Assembly (NCBI GenBank): GCA_964016885.1
Contig: OZ024740.1
Span: forward strand, 269,576,001-269,640,000
DNA length: 64,000 nucleotides
From: Eledone cirrhosa
Lineage: Eukaryota
Reading direction: 5' to 3'
Both the position numbers and the translations under genes were made by a program. The first letter of the stretch is position 1. Each line of letters starts with the position of its first letter. The notes beneath the pieces are model-generated. The model saw only the letters and a program-made list of their open reading frames with translations, was not told the DNA's origin and made no database searches. Below, in pieces: positions 43,244-58,328 of this stretch.

Positions 43244-44644
43244 ATAATACTGAGACGAAGTCATCGGATAGGACGGAAAAATTCTTCGATCGTTTTCCCT
43301 CTCACTCGATCTTCTAATTAAGCTATTATCCTTAAGATACAAACCCAAATGATACCAGAGTGCACACTACTACATGATACCATGAGCATTAAAATTCAGT
43401 GTTATGTGTGATTAAAAGTATATTATCATACTCATTGTAGTATTTTACATTATTTTTCTCCATAAGATAGTGCCTTCCTTTGCAAAATGCTATAACTATT
43501 TTATAACTTTTATTTAGTTTAACGAAAAACGGATATCGTAGTTGGTTAAACAACGGTTGATTATTCCTTCCTTTTACGTTCTGTTGAAGCTAAAATAATT
43601 TACCCAACAATTCACTGATGCAAGCAAATACAACAAGAAAATGGCAATAAGATACACCATAAAATGCTTAATTCAAAAACTCTCTTACGCCTAATTTAGA
43701 TTCAGATTTTGAATTTGCATCAACAACAACAAAAACATGATAAATAGGTTATTTCAACGGCTCTCATATACTCCATATCTTACATTTTAGCAGTACGCGG
43801 TGTAGAGAATTGCATACGATTAAACGGCACACTTTCAGATTTGAATGTGTAGTATTTACGTTAATACTTAAGCATTATTCTTATATTTGCTGAATCCAAA
43901 AATTCATGTGACAACACGCACGCAATCTTATCTACTGGGGTCGATATAATCATTTCATCAATTTTTTTCCCACCAAAATTGCTTCTCTTATGCCAAAATT
44001 ATATATATATATATTTTTTTTCGGAATGTTTTGACTGCTGCTTCTTGTAAATAGTCATTCGTCTCATTCTGACGTCACTAGCCCTGTTCTTCATGTGTGT
44101 TTATTATCTTAATTCCACACGAGGTGTAACTAGCCTGCTTTTAAATTCCCTTTTGGCATATTTTAGCTGTGATTCTTAGTTATCGTGTTGAGCTCTACTG
44201 ATGAACGATTCCAACCGTGACTAAACCCACTGAAAAGTTTCGTGAAATAGTCTTTTTAAGACTATATAGAGCATTTGTAGATTTTTCCAAATTGAAGGAT
44301 AAGTATTTTAAACTTTATTTTATCATGAGTTAAGGCTCTATAAACTGCGATTCTGTTTTTTTCTCTCTCTCTCTCTTACTGCTCCCCCGTTCTCTCTGTT
44401 TCTCTTACTTTCTTTCGTCCCCTCTGTCATGTAAGTTAACACTTTCTCTCTACTGACCTCTTCCTCACACTTCCACTCACTCACTCACTGTTTCTCCCCT
44501 TCTCACTTCCCCCCATTCGCGATGTTAACGATTTTCCTTCTTTCTTACATTGGATTCATCTCGAAAGGTCTATTTTCTACTCGCTCATGGCCCGCTTGTT
44601 ATCTTACTTCTGTGGTCAATCAAAGGTGATACAAAATACATTCC

Positions 44645-47058
44645 ATGAAACTAGCATGCTGGAATGTTCTAACCTTAATAGATGACACCTTTAGACAATG
44701 GTCCGAAAGATGAACCGCACTAATCGCTTATGAGTTGAAAAGATATTCACTTGTTATAATGACTGTCTCAGAAACTCGTTTGCATGGTGATGGCCAGCTG
44801 AATGAAAATGAATTAGGCTATATTACTTTCTTTTGGAAAAGTCTCGCAGTAGGACAAAAGAGTGAATCAGGGGCTGGAATGGCAGATAAGAAATCTCTTA
44901 TTTCATCTTTCAAAAACTACCCCAGTGGTTTATCAGATCGTATCGTGAATTGCCGTCTTCATTTTCGAAAATGTGCGTTATTTTACGGTTATAAGTGTTT
45001 ATACTCCCACCATGTCACACACTGAAGAATTAGTTGATCAGCTCTACCACGAACTTGAACATGTGGCGAGTAACATTCCTCCTCCTCACAACCTTGTAAT
45101 TATTAGTGAACTCAATTTAAGGGAGGGATCAGATTTTGCGACGTGGCCTGTTTTAGGTAAACATTGTTTAGAAAGCTCCAATAGATATGGTGTTTCTCTT
45201 CTCAACTTATGTACTGAACATCACGTCATGATAAGTAACACCCTTTTTCAGCAGAGAAATAAGTATAAAACAATATGGATGCACCCGCGGTCAAAGGATT
45301 GGCACTTAATTGACATTATCCCAGTTAAAAAAAAAACGGGATATAAGGGATGTATGTAGTGTGCGTGTCACGAGAGGAGTAGAATGCTGGGCTGATCACC
45401 GTATGGTCATGTTTAAGCTCAATCTACATATAGCACTGAATGTTAGACACACTGGTTACCAAGGTGCGAAATAATCTTAATGTATCCAATTTCTAGTCTT
45501 TTGGTGTCCTCCCTAACTGTCTTAGTACGTTGAAACCATAACACATCATTTTAATAAACCTTGGAATGATTTTAAAACGCATCATCCGAGTCCCTGGGTT
45601 TTAAATCAAGATCTAATAACTGGATCACAGATAACAATCCTAATATACATCACCTACTCAAAGTTAAGCAGGTCCTGTGTCAAAAGCTTCTCTCACAATC
45701 AATCCACATTCTAATCCACACTATAAGGATCTTAATAGTAAGCTTCTGAATGTTCTGAGGAACTCTAGGGAGCAACGGTGGCATGAAAAAGCCAAACAGG
45801 GTCAGGAAGCAGCAGATCGAAGAAATTTCGAAACATTGTTCGCGTTTGTAAAATACGTTTGTGATCCACAATCATCTTCAATCGCGCCTATCAGATCTAC
45901 TGACAACCAAAGTATTTTAACCGAAGTTATACCCATTCAAAATCGTTGGGTGGAAGACTTCTCTGCGTTGCTCAACAGACCTTCTAATTTAAGCTTGTCT
46001 GTCTCTGAATCTCTGGTGGTAAAGACCAATGTGATAATTTCAGAGATATATCACTCTTGTCGGTTGTTGGCAAGGTTCTGGTCCGTATACTTTTGGAACG
46101 TCTGAATGTCTTTATTGTTTCGACAGCAGTGTCGGAGACTTAATGTGGTTTTCGTGAAAAAGGAGGCACTAATGAGATGACCTTCAGACTCAGGCAATTG
46201 TAAGAAAAATGTATTGAACAGAATCTCACTTTCTATCATTGTTTTGTCGATCTCAGCAAGGCTATCGATACCGTGAACAGAAATGCTTCGTGAGTGGTTT
46301 TACTCAAATTTGGATGTCCTCAGAATACGTATTAACCTTCGAAACATCATGCACATCGATATGAAAGCCACGGTTAATTTTTGAGGAACACTTTCAGAGC
46401 CTTTTGAAGTAGAAAATGGAATAAAACCAGAGGACCTTGATGCACACACTATATTTCCAATTTACGTTGCCGCAATACGTTGTCCAATACGTTTCTGAAC
46501 AAGGAGAAGGGTGTCTATATAAGGTATCGCACAACAGAGAATGCTTTTAATCTTAAAAGATTCAAATTCAAATCGATAATTTTAATTTAATTGCTTAGAC
46601 ACTTGCTGTATGCCGATGACTGTGACCTTGTTTGTCATACAGAGCATGGCTCGCAAACAATTATCTCTTTGTTTAATGCAGCATGTGACGTCATTGGCCT
46701 TACAATTAACATGAAGAAAACTAGCCATTTCTCAATCTGCACCTGGTTCAGCAGCCGATGAAAAACCTTTTGAGGTTGATGAATCTTTCGTATAACTTGG
46801 TAGCTCTGCCAATATAAACGGTTCCCTGAAAATTCATAAAGCTGCGAATTCTTTAGGAAATCTGAAATCTCATGTGTGGTCGGAAAGGCATATTAAATCA
46901 AGACAAAAGTTTCTGTATAGAAATCTTTTGTGGTGTCTTTGCTTCTTTATTGTTCTGATACCTGAACATGCTATAAAAGCCATATAAACCTATTTGAAAG
47001 ATTTCACCAGAAATGTTTGCTCAGAGTCCTGAAAATCTGATAGACCTCCGTCACTGGT
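44645..47058 (+). pseudogene. Degenerate RTE (BovB-like) LINE, APE endonuclease plus RT
   Basis: MKLACWNV, ELKRY..SETRL.GDGQL, ISVYTPT, NTLFQQRNKYKTIWMHPRSKDWHLID, FVDLSKA.DTVNR, LLYADDC; many stops and frameshifts. Confidence 0.9.
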
Positions 47059-47061
47059 GGC

Positions 47062-47125
<64 letters not shown>

Positions 47126-47423
47126 TCACACATATATATATATATATATTCTCACACATATATATTTATTTATTTATATATGAATATATACTTACAATAT
47201 ATAATATAATAATTGTTTCTACTTTTGGCACAAGGCCAGCAATTATCCAGTAGATTACTGGTACATTATTTTATCGACCCCGTAAGGATGAAAGGCAAAG
47301 TTAACCAATATATGATATATTAATATAATATAGAAAATAGTCAACTTCTGCGGTAGTTGAATTACTCTGTGTAAGGTGCTATTAGAATGAAAACTTACTC
47401 CTTGTCATACATACACACACGCG

Positions 47424-47455
<32 letters not shown>

Positions 47456-47507
47456 TACGCACACACACACACAAACACACACACATACATACATACATAT
47501 ATATATA

Positions 47508-47613
<106 letters not shown>

Positions 47614-47969
47614 ACATATACGGGTAAATATTTGCTGCCAGTGTTAGCTTAGTTAATTTTTCGAGCACTAAATATTCTTTATATCCTCTATCGTATCACC
47701 AAATCATTCATCTATGCATCTGTATAAAGCAATTAATGGCAAAGATAGCTTTCACAATAGAACATAAAACTGACAGGATGAAATGCCAATTTGATAATTT
47801 TGAAAAAGTAAACAGAGGGATACGTTAATGCGCCACCAGTGGGAAATAATTTGTTACATATATCGATGTCCTTGAAAGCTGTTCGTCCATTGGGCATTAT
47901 ATGAAATTATACGTATTACATTTAACACATATAATCTATGTAACCTGTAATAGAGTATACTATATTATA

Positions 47970-48400
47970 TTTAATTGTTTCTACTTTAGGCACAAGGCCA
48001 GCAATTACCCAGTACATTACTGGTACTTTATTTTATCGACCCCGTAAGGATGAAAGGCAAAGTTAACCTCGGCGGGATTTGAACTCAGACTGTAAAGGGA
48101 CGTAACTATGCTAGAAAGCATGGCGTCCGACTCTCTACCGATACTGCCAATTCCCCGTTACTCTTCCCCCTCTTTCTCTCATTCCCTTTCTATATGAATA
48201 TGTGTTTGTATACACATATACACATTATATTTAATTGTTTCTACTTTTGGCACATTACTGGTACTTTATTTTATCGACCCCGTAAGGATGAAAGGCAAAG
48301 TTAACCTCGGCGGGATTTGAACTCAGAATGGCAAGGGCCGTAACTCTATGCGTCAAAGCATGGCGTCCACCCCTCTACCGATACTGCCAATTCACCGCCC
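47970..48400 (-). mobile_element. Two SINE family A copies (47970-48155 and 48232-48400); further copies at 47210-47305(-), 49496-49610(+), 53538-53688(-), 54420-54680(-)
   Basis: Family core in each; TSDs tacacattatatttaat (second copy) and caaatatgaataataat (53538 copy). Confidence 0.85.
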
Positions 48401-49968
48401 TATATATACACATTATATTTAATGAAGGATATTAACATTTTCGCCTTGAATGCACACTCGTTTCCTTTAATCAATGATTATTCCTGTTGTTATGTTACGA
48501 AGAGGATTGAAGACGTGGTCTTCGGGACTTCCATATTTTTCAGTATTGTAGATAAAGATAATTGATACCTGCATACGAATACGCTGCGCATGTTAAATCA
48601 CGTGTTCACGTGCTCCCTTATGAATTGTAAATTGATTTGATGTACACAACCACCTACGTCTATTTGTTTCCTTTTAGCTAACTAAATATTTCACACGATA
48701 ATGGATGCTAAACGGTCGTAAAAAGACAGAGAATTTCAATCGTTAATTTCTATCTATTAAATTTCAATCCTACAGAATACGTGGTCGTACTATAGAGTCG
48801 TACTATATAGAAAATATTCCCTGTTAATATCATTTCTCGCTTTCCCTGGTAAGGCATGATTTTCTTTCTAATGCATTGTTTGGTTTTCAGAATTATTCAA
48901 ATTTGTGTTTCCTATTCAACAATGCTTCAAGAAAGCTACAAAATTCTGTTATATATATAATTATATATATATATATTATATATATATATATTATATATAT
49001 ATATATGTATGTATATATATATATATATGTATATATGAGTGTGTGTGTGTGTATGTATGTATATGTGTGTGTGTGTGTCAAGAAACTCATTTCAGTCATT
49101 AGCCAAGTTCCATTCTTCAGGCGTGGTTGCTTTTGACTTCTGCTGCTTCCAAAAATAGAGAAAGACTAAAGAACCCTCTATTTAAGAACCAATTGTACTC
49201 GTAAGTAATCGTTTGACAAGTTCCCTAATCCGGTAACTAAATTATTTTAGCACTGGAAAAGAAACGTTCAGTTGCCAGTTAGCTGGGTCCTGTCTATTAG
49301 TCAGTTCTAAGTTGACTAAACAAGTCACAACATGTTGTTCTCTATATACAACTATATGAAACTTTGGACGACTCACATTAATTCTATATCTTCCTCTCAT
49401 GGAAAATCTATCTAAATACCACCTCGATGAACCAAGGTTACTTGTTATCAACGATAACGGTTTATTTAAAAGTTTCCCCGATGTTATTTGTTTATAGTTC
49501 AAATCCCGCCGAGGTTAACTTTGCCTTTCATCCTTACGGGGTCAATAAAATAAAGTACCAGTAATGCACTGGGTAATTACTGGCCTTGTGCCAAAAGTAG
49601 AAACAGTTATTTGTTTATCAAACAATTCCAAGGATCAGCAATTATATCAGCCCTATACACTGGATACAATTTCTTAATTCAATGCAGGTTAAATTAATCA
49701 ATGACCACATAAAGTAAGCATTTGCACGCATACGCACAGAGACACACACACGTACACACACCACACACACACATATATATATTATGAAAAAAGTTTATGA
49801 AGGTTGATTTGCAATAACTTACAAATTTACCGCTTTCACAAGTTTCATGATATTCAAAGGTTAAGAGAGATGCAGTGATGTGTGACTATGCCGAATTGTA
49901 ATACGCATATATATATATATATATAAATATAAATTTGTATATATATAAATTTGTATATATATAATTTG

Positions 49969-49999
<31 letters not shown>

Positions 50000-50581
50000 T
50001 TTAATGCGTTGAAATGTGTATTTGCTGGATAAGGCGTACTTATAAATAAGAGCAAAGCAAGAAAGGGAGAACATTTTCCTTCATCAGTTGTCTGCTGGGG
50101 GTCCTGAACATTTCAACGCATTAAAGACATTACGTCTCACCCCAGTGCGTCAATAACTCCAGGAAGTTATTGGGTAAAAAAGGAAGAGAGAGAAAAAATA
50201 GTATCAGAAGGGAAAAAGGAAGAAAAAGAAAAAACAGCCAAAAAAAAAAAAACGGGAAGCAACAACCGAAGAGGGAAACCCGAAGCACATGTCTGTGCGC
50301 ATCTGGAAGAGAGAGAGAAAAAATTAAAGTCAACATCAATTACTGAACATAAGTTCGAGATTGGTGTGAACGAGAAAAAAAACAAAACACGTCTGACATC
50401 CGCAAAAAGTAAGTGAGAAAGACACATCTAGAGGAGCAGGCGAGAGAAACAGTGAGGTGACTAAGCAGAGAAAGGGAGAGTGAAAGTGAGAGGGAGAAAG
50501 GGAGAGGAAGAAAGAGGGAGAAGAGTTGATAGCAACAAAATTGATAGATCACAGAGAAAATAAAATAAAAATTTAAGAATA

Positions 50582-50630
<49 letters not shown>

Positions 50631-50635
<5 letters not shown>

Positions 50636-50962
50636 AGAAAGTATGACCCCGACGGCAGAGCTCAAGCCGTTTCGACGGCTATTTCTGAGTACTCTGGTGC
50701 GTTATGGTCCATCTGGTCCCATACCACAACTCCTCCGTTATATATATATATATATAACAAAGGAACTGTGGTAAGGAACCAGATGGACCATAACGCACCA
50801 GAGTACTCAATACTTTGGGTAGTAGAGTGGGGAATAGGAAAAAGTATGACCCCGACAGCAGAGCTCAAGCCGTTTCGACGGCTATTTCTGGACTGTAATA
50901 GAGTCCAGAAATAGCGGTCGAAACGGCTTGAGCTCTGCCGTGGGGATCATACTTTTTCCTAT
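50631..50962. mobile_element. Two rearranged family-A PLE terminus stubs in (TA)n
   Basis: gagctcaagccgtttcgacggct repeated; fold-back at ~50835-50962. Confidence 0.75.
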
Positions 50963-51096
50963 ATATATATATATATATATATATAGTTTGGATTGGACCA
51001 CCCATGTAAAATCGCATATCTGAAGAGGTGTCAATTAAGAGTCGGGTTTCGATCGCCTGATTAAAACCAAGCTGATCGTTATCGAAACAGTTGCAA

Positions 51097-52114
51097 TCTA
51101 TATATATAAAACTGAGGTTGTCTGTCTGTCTATCGATTTTTGGCACACATCTCCTCTTAGAATCTCTCGCGTAATTGCACCGAAATTGCTATACTTGTAC
51201 ATTGAGCTCTAGCGAAGACATCGGAAAAAAAATATTTCAAATTGACCCGCCCTATCTGACGAAATCGAATATAATGTATCGATTTTTGAGCGTAAGTGAT
51301 CAGTTATTTCCCTTTGTTCTGTTTACATTGAGCGTCTTACGTTTTACGCTGGCTTTCTCAGCGTTTAAAATGACATTAACACAATACACGAACAGTTGTC
51401 GAGCCAGCAAAATTTTGACCTGCAAAATTCATCAGTTCGAACACTAAGCTTCCGTTTTGCTTCATTTCCATTTAAAAGCCTTTTAAAACAATATTTTTAC
51501 TTGAAAACAAGTCTATTTAAAGACTACGTAAAACAAGCAAATATTTCGTAAAAAAAAGCAAAAATTATATAAGTTTATTTAAAATATATGTATCTGTAAA
51601 TTTCGTTAGGCGTGCAGACAGACAGTCTTGCAGAGAGGTGATATACGCGTGCAGACAGACAGTCGTGCAGAGAGGTGATATACGCGTGCAGACAGACAGT
51701 CGTGCAGAGAGGTGATATAGGCGTGCAGACAGACAGTCGTGCAGAGAGGTGATATAGGCGTGCAGACAGACAGTCGTGCAGAGAGGTGATATAGGCGTGC
51801 AGACAGACATAACTGATAATTTGGTTACGCTAATGTTTTTCTCTGCGTTGCAGTGTTTACATTTTCGATCTTTGTTAATAAATAACCAGTGCAGTTTTGA
51901 TCCCCAGCATCCTCTTTTGTTATAACATTCGGGTTATCGTTATGTTTTCTTAACTTCATAAGGCATATTGTTGGTTGAGGGAATATTAATCAAAAACACC
52001 ACATGCAAGTCTGCACAGTAGACACTACAGTTTTTAAGCCAAAAAAGAAACTTAACATTGTAACTTTAACACAGCTACTGAGCGACCCCGAGCAACGCCG
52101 GGCTTTACTGCTAG
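51097..52114 (+). mobile_element. Non-autonomous Helitron with an internal 37-bp minisatellite
   Basis: A|TC start; 3' hairpin cccgagcaacgccggg then CTAG|T; no TSD. Confidence 0.85.
51610..51808. repeat. 37-bp minisatellite, ~5.4 copies
   Basis: gcgtgcagacagacagtcgtgcagagaggtgatatag at 51610, 51647, 51684, 51721, 51758 and 51795. Confidence 0.95.
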
Positions 52115-52179
52115 TATGCAATAAAGTTTCATAAGAAACTGAAAATCTCACTTCTTATTCTCTCTCTCTCTCTCTCTTC

Positions 52180-52392
<213 letters not shown>

Positions 52393-52649
52393 GGAATAGA
52401 ATGAAACGAAATTTCATTTCACACTCTTAGTACGGCACTTACTTAAATGTAAGTATGTATGTATGTATGTATACGTACATACATATATGTATACAGACGT
52501 ACAATAGTATGTATATATATATATATACATACATGCACACACATATATATATATGCACGAACATTTATTATAATGCTCGGTTTGTTTGTTTGTAAACAAC
52601 AAACAGCCCGAATTACGCCGTACAGTGTTTAGGCAACACTGACACAGGA

Positions 52650-52692
52650 ACGATGTACTAGTTTCAAGCTTATTAGCTATCGTCAGCATCGT
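52650..52692 (-). ncRNA. Canonical minimal type I hammerhead ribozyme (PLE type)
   Basis: acgatg-CTGACGA-t-agct aata agct-t-GAAAC TA GTA-catcgt: 6-bp stem I and palindromic stem III; lies within inverted element ~52385-52950. Confidence 0.82.
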
Positions 52693-52942
52693 ATACCTTC
52701 CTGCCAGATGGTTGAACGTCTGAAAGTATATACTTTCCTTATGCATATTAACGGCTGAGCAGCGTAATTCGGGCGTAATTCGGGCTGTTTGTTTGTTTAC
52801 AAACAAACAAACCGAGCATTATAATAAATGTTCGGTAAACCGATACGTGTATATATATATGTGTGCATGCATGTGTATATATACATACTACTGTACGTCT
52901 GTATACATATATGTATGTACGTATACATACATACATACTTAC

Positions 52943-52989
<47 letters not shown>

Positions 52990-52991
<2 letters not shown>

Positions 52992-53332
52992 AACTCTGGA
53001 TGTCGGTGAGCATGTCCAGCTAACCTCAGTCTCCTCTGTGTCACCTTTGAGCTGACTTTTAGGAGGCTCCCATACAGCTCTGAGTTTTTCATCCTCAGTG
53101 TATACTGATTAATGTTCAGAGCCATCCTCAGCATTCTCGTGTAGCACCCATCCACCATCTGAGTGAGTTTCTACATTGACACACTGTAAGAGGAAGACCA
53201 AGGTTATCGTATGTTGATGCCTTAAGGGCAGACACTGGTCTGTTGGAGGCGCAGGACATGTCAGCGATAATGAGGGACAGAGACCGCTGGAGAGAACTCG
53301 TCCATGGATCTCGGGAATTTTACCCGCCCTAG
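52990..53332. mobile_element. RTE-like LINE 3' end with 5' inversion
   Basis: Minus 53158-52990: VDGCYTRMLRMALN...QRRLRLAGHAHRHPE. Plus ~53188-53315: RGRPRLSYVDALRADTGL...MRDRDRWR. Confidence 0.75.
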
Positions 53333-54116
53333 AATATATATATATATGTGTGTGTGTGTCTGTGTATGAGTGTGTATGTGAGTGTGTGTGTAATATGTAA
53401 GTATGCTTTTTGTTTACATGCAGACTGAAATGAATGAAACAAATAATAGAATTTCACTAATGAGGACACATTATACAACCGTGGGAGAAGAAATCAAGAC
53501 CGAAATAACCAGATTAAATCTGACGATCAAATATGAATAATAATTGTTTCTACTTTAGGCACAAGGCCAGCAATTACCCAGTGCATTACTGGTACTTTAT
53601 TTTATCGACCCCGTAAGGATGAAAGGCAAAGTCAACCTCGGCGGGATTTGAACTCAGATCGTAAAGGGACGTAACTATGCTGGAAAGCAAATATGAATAA
53701 TAATAGTGTCTGTTTACTAAAACGCTTTTCATAATATGTCAGTCGTTATTATCAGAACGATACTGAGAAGATGCAGCAGCATTCGTTCTTTGGATATTGT
53801 TATCTCATTATATTGATAAATCATCATCTGCTATTTATATGGTCTACTTTTAACGTCAGATAAAAAAGAGAAACGGCACACTCATTCGGGAATTTTCTAA
53901 AAGCTTGTGCGAATATAGAGATATTTCCACTGTTATACGTACAGGTATGCATGGCGCTTCTATAAAAGGCTACACGATTTATGGAAATGAAGTCAGTCAA
54001 CAATTCTCTCAATATCTGCTTTTATCCGAGACTCCAGAAAATATGCATTTACACGCACATACACATATACACACACCTCAAACCCACGGACCAGACACGC
54101 ACACACATGAGTGCAT

Positions 54117-54410
<294 letters not shown>

Positions 54411-55314
54411 TATACAAAGAACCGTAACTCTATTCTGCAAATCATAGCATCCGACCCTCTACCGGTACTGCCAATCCACCACCCTCAAAGCATATTGAAA
54501 TAATTGTTCTACTTTAGGCACAAGGCCAGCAATTAGCCAGTGCATTACTGGTACTTTATTTTATCGACCCCGTAAGGATGAAAGGCAAAATCAACCTCGG
54601 CGGGATTTGAACTCAGATCGTAAAGGGACGTAACCATGCTGGAAAGCATGGCGTCCGACCCTCTACCGATACTGCCAAATTGAAATAATGATGAGTGTTC
54701 TGAGTTACCCTTAAATCTGTAACGTGTTAATTTTAACTAGTAAATAAGATTTTCCACCTACACATTATCAACTTTATAATATTCCAATAACCATATTTTA
54801 GATACATCTAACTTCATAGAACGGTCGATTTATCTGTCCAATTAATTTTCATTTCTTTACATTTCACAACCTATTTTTAATAGAGTTTACATTACATTTG
54901 TTTCTCTGATCTTTCTATAATATTTCTTCTAAATAGTTTCAGCATCATTCCATTCGTTAGTTAAATCTTTTTTTCTTTGTTTTGAAATGAATATTTCATT
55001 TTATTTTCAGCCGCCGATTAACATCAACTGCTTCCATTAAATGACTAGATTGCTCACAAATAAGTTATATAACATATATAATGATTTTTACTTCAGCTAC
55101 ATCAGACATCTTCACTCCCTCATCATCCTTATGATTTTGATTTCTTTTCTTTGTTCCTATCTAGTTTCATTTCTACCATCCGTTTTTAATTATGTATGTC
55201 TACAATCTTCATACAAACTTTCTCTCATTATGTTTGGAGGCCACTAAATAGATCGCAACAGATTTATAAACCATTCAACTTATGTAAAGTAAATTACTAT
55301 AATCTCTCTCTCAC

Positions 55315-55421
<107 letters not shown>

Positions 55422-56422
55422 AGTATATGATTCCAGTTCCTCAGTGAAACAACAACGCAACCAGGAACATATCAGAGTATTGACAAAGTTAAATACCTCA
55501 ACAACATGTGTACTCGTCTCTACCACACTAATTCGGACTGCCAAAGATGGCTGTCACCGAAATATATATACCAGTAATAAACGAAACCAAATTTTAAACA
55601 TTTGACTTATTTATTTTATTTTATTTCATATATATATATATATATATATAGAAAGATTTGAATGGATACAGTTTAGTTGAAAGGAATTTATTGACACGTG
55701 TTTCTATAACAGTTACATAACCTAAAACAGCTATCTACAAACTTTTAGTTATGCAGACATTCAATATTTCAATGTTATTATTTACTGTCATTTCATCAGA
55801 ATAATATTACTGAGGACCTATTTAGTTTTTATAGAGAATATTAGGAGGGAGGGGTGAAGTTGTTAGAAGAATAGTTGAAGGAGTGGTTTTTCGATAGCAG
55901 TGAGAATTCTTGGTGGCAGTGAGTAATTAGATTCCCATCTGTTGTTTTGACATTTTTTATAGAATATATTATTGGTTATTTTTCTAAATCTATAGAAGGA
56001 TTAGAGATAGTAAAGATATGCGTGGTTGGTTTTGTGTTTGCACTTAACATTCAGACTTAAATTTTTCTTTCAAGTGTACGTATTCTTTCACCCACGCATT
56101 CACACACAAATATATTTGCACACCTCTACAAAATACATATACTCACAATTCACATATTCATACTTACATATATATACACATGCATACACATATATATACA
56201 CACATGTATTCATGTACATACATACGCGCTCATGTGTATACATTTTCATACTCAACTTATCTTTATATATACACACGTATAGACACACACATATATACAT
56301 ACATACTCTAGTCCATGTGTACACACATACACATACATACACATCCATATACACATACATACATACACATATATATATATATATATATACATACATACAT
56401 ATATATATACACATATACATAT

Positions 56423-56455
<33 letters not shown>

Positions 56456-57009
56456 CACACACATACATATACACACACACATATATATACATATATAAGC
56501 ACTTTAATACATGAATACACTTACATCTAACTATACACATCAAACATATATATATATTTACTTATTTATATACATTTTCACATATATATACATACTTATG
56601 GACGTTTTTAGACACATTCATTATCGCATATTTGTACCTATTCTCATCAGCATATCTTTTCATTATTAGTATGGTAATTTAAGGTTATTAATATATGCTG
56701 AGAAGAGATTGTTTTTATATTTTTCTAACTAGATTAAGGTTTATATAGTTGGGGGATGTCCCTCTTTTATGTAATATTCTGCTTGTAGTGGGAAAAAAGG
56801 GTTTTAGTTCTGTGACGGCAGAATAATGTTCGTTCAATTCTGTTATTCAGCAGTTTCTTCTTGTGTGTGATTATGTAATAAATCTCAAGATTACACAATT
56901 TGCAGAAATTTTGGCTCCTGGAAAAGCTCTGGGTTTTAGCTAATTTTTCCCATTTTAGGGTAAACTTTTGATTGCTATCCCTGAGCGTCCAAGCTTTTTC
57001 TGCTAAAGT

Positions 57010-57249
57010 TTAGCAGAAAAAGCTTGGACGCTCAGGGATAGCAATCAAAAGTTTACCCTAAAATGGGAAAAATTAGCTAAAACCCAGAGCTTTTCCAGGA
57101 GCCAAAATTTCTGCAAATTGTGTAATCTTGAGATTTATTACATAATCACACACAAGAAGAAACTGCTGAATAACAGAATTGAACGAACATTATTCTGCCG
57201 TCACAGAACTAAAACCCTTTTTTCCCACTACAAGCAGAATATTACATAA
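57010..57249 (+). pseudogene. C-terminal ~79 aa of a PLE GIY-YIG endonuclease (mirrored on the minus strand)
   Basis: LAEKAWTLRDSNQKFTLKWEKLAKTQSFSRSQNFCKLCNLEIYYIITHKKKLLNNRIERTLFCRHRTK aligns with LAEII...LTW...CRLCSQE...LLNKRQE*IISCNH at ~14200-14400; absent from the ORF track because it has no start codon. Confidence 0.85.
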
Positions 57250-57560
57250 AAGAGGGACATCCCCCAACTATATAAACCTTAATCTAGTTAGAAAAATATA
57301 AAAACAATCTCTTCTCAGCATATATTAATAACCTTAAATTACCATACTAATAATGAAAAGATATGCTGATGAGAATAGGTACAAATATGCGATAATGAAT
57401 GTGTCTAAAAACGTCCATAAGTATGTATATATATGTGAAAATGTATATAAATAAGTAAATATATATATATGTTTGATGTGTATAGTTAGATGTAAGTGTA
57501 TTCATGTATTAAAGTGCTTATATATGTATATATATGTGTGTGTGTATATGTATGTGTGTG

Positions 57561-57593
<33 letters not shown>

Positions 57594-58211
57594 ATATGTA
57601 TATGTGTATATATATATGTATGTATGTATATATATATATATATATATGTGTATGTATGTATGTGTATATGGATGTGTATGTATGTGTATGTGTGTACACA
57701 TGGACTAGAGTATGTATGTATATATGTGTGTGTCTATACGTGTGTATATATAAAGATAAGTTGAGTATGAAAATGTATACACATGAGCGCGTATGTATGT
57801 ACATGAATACATGTGTGTATATATATGTGTATGCATGTGTATATATATGTAAGTATGAATATGTGAATTGTGAGTATATGTATTTTGTAGAGGTGTGCAA
57901 ATATATTTGTGTGTGAATGCGTGGGTGAAAGAATACGTACACTTGAAAGAAAAATTTAAGTCTGAATGTTAAGTGCAAACACAAAACCAACCACGCATAT
58001 CTTTACTATCTCTAATCCTTCTATAGATTTAGAAAAATAACCAATAATATATTCTATAAAAAATGTCAAAACAACAGATGGGAATCTAATTACTCACTGC
58101 CACCAAGAATTCTCACTGCTATCGAAAAACCACTCCTTCAACTATTCTTCTAACAACTTCACCCCTCCCTCCTAATATTCTCTATAAAAACTAAATAGGT
58201 CCTCAGTAATA

Positions 58212-58328
58212 TTATTCTGATGAAATGACAGTAAATAATAACATTGAAATATTGAATGTCTGCATAACTAAAAGTTTGTAGATAGCTGTTTTAGGTTATG
58301 TAACTGTTATAGAAACACGTGTCAATAA
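58212..58328 (+). ncRNA. Type I hammerhead ribozyme motif with long stem II (mirror 55688-55804 minus)
   Basis: ttatt-CTGATGA(58217)-a-atgacagt...actgttat-a-GAAAC ACGT GTC-aataa. Confidence 0.8.

Noticed and set aside
44195-44255. CTGATGA-acga...tcgt-GAAATAGTC hammerhead-like string
   Set aside because: No stem I pairing and no inverted-arm or (TA)n context; probably chance.
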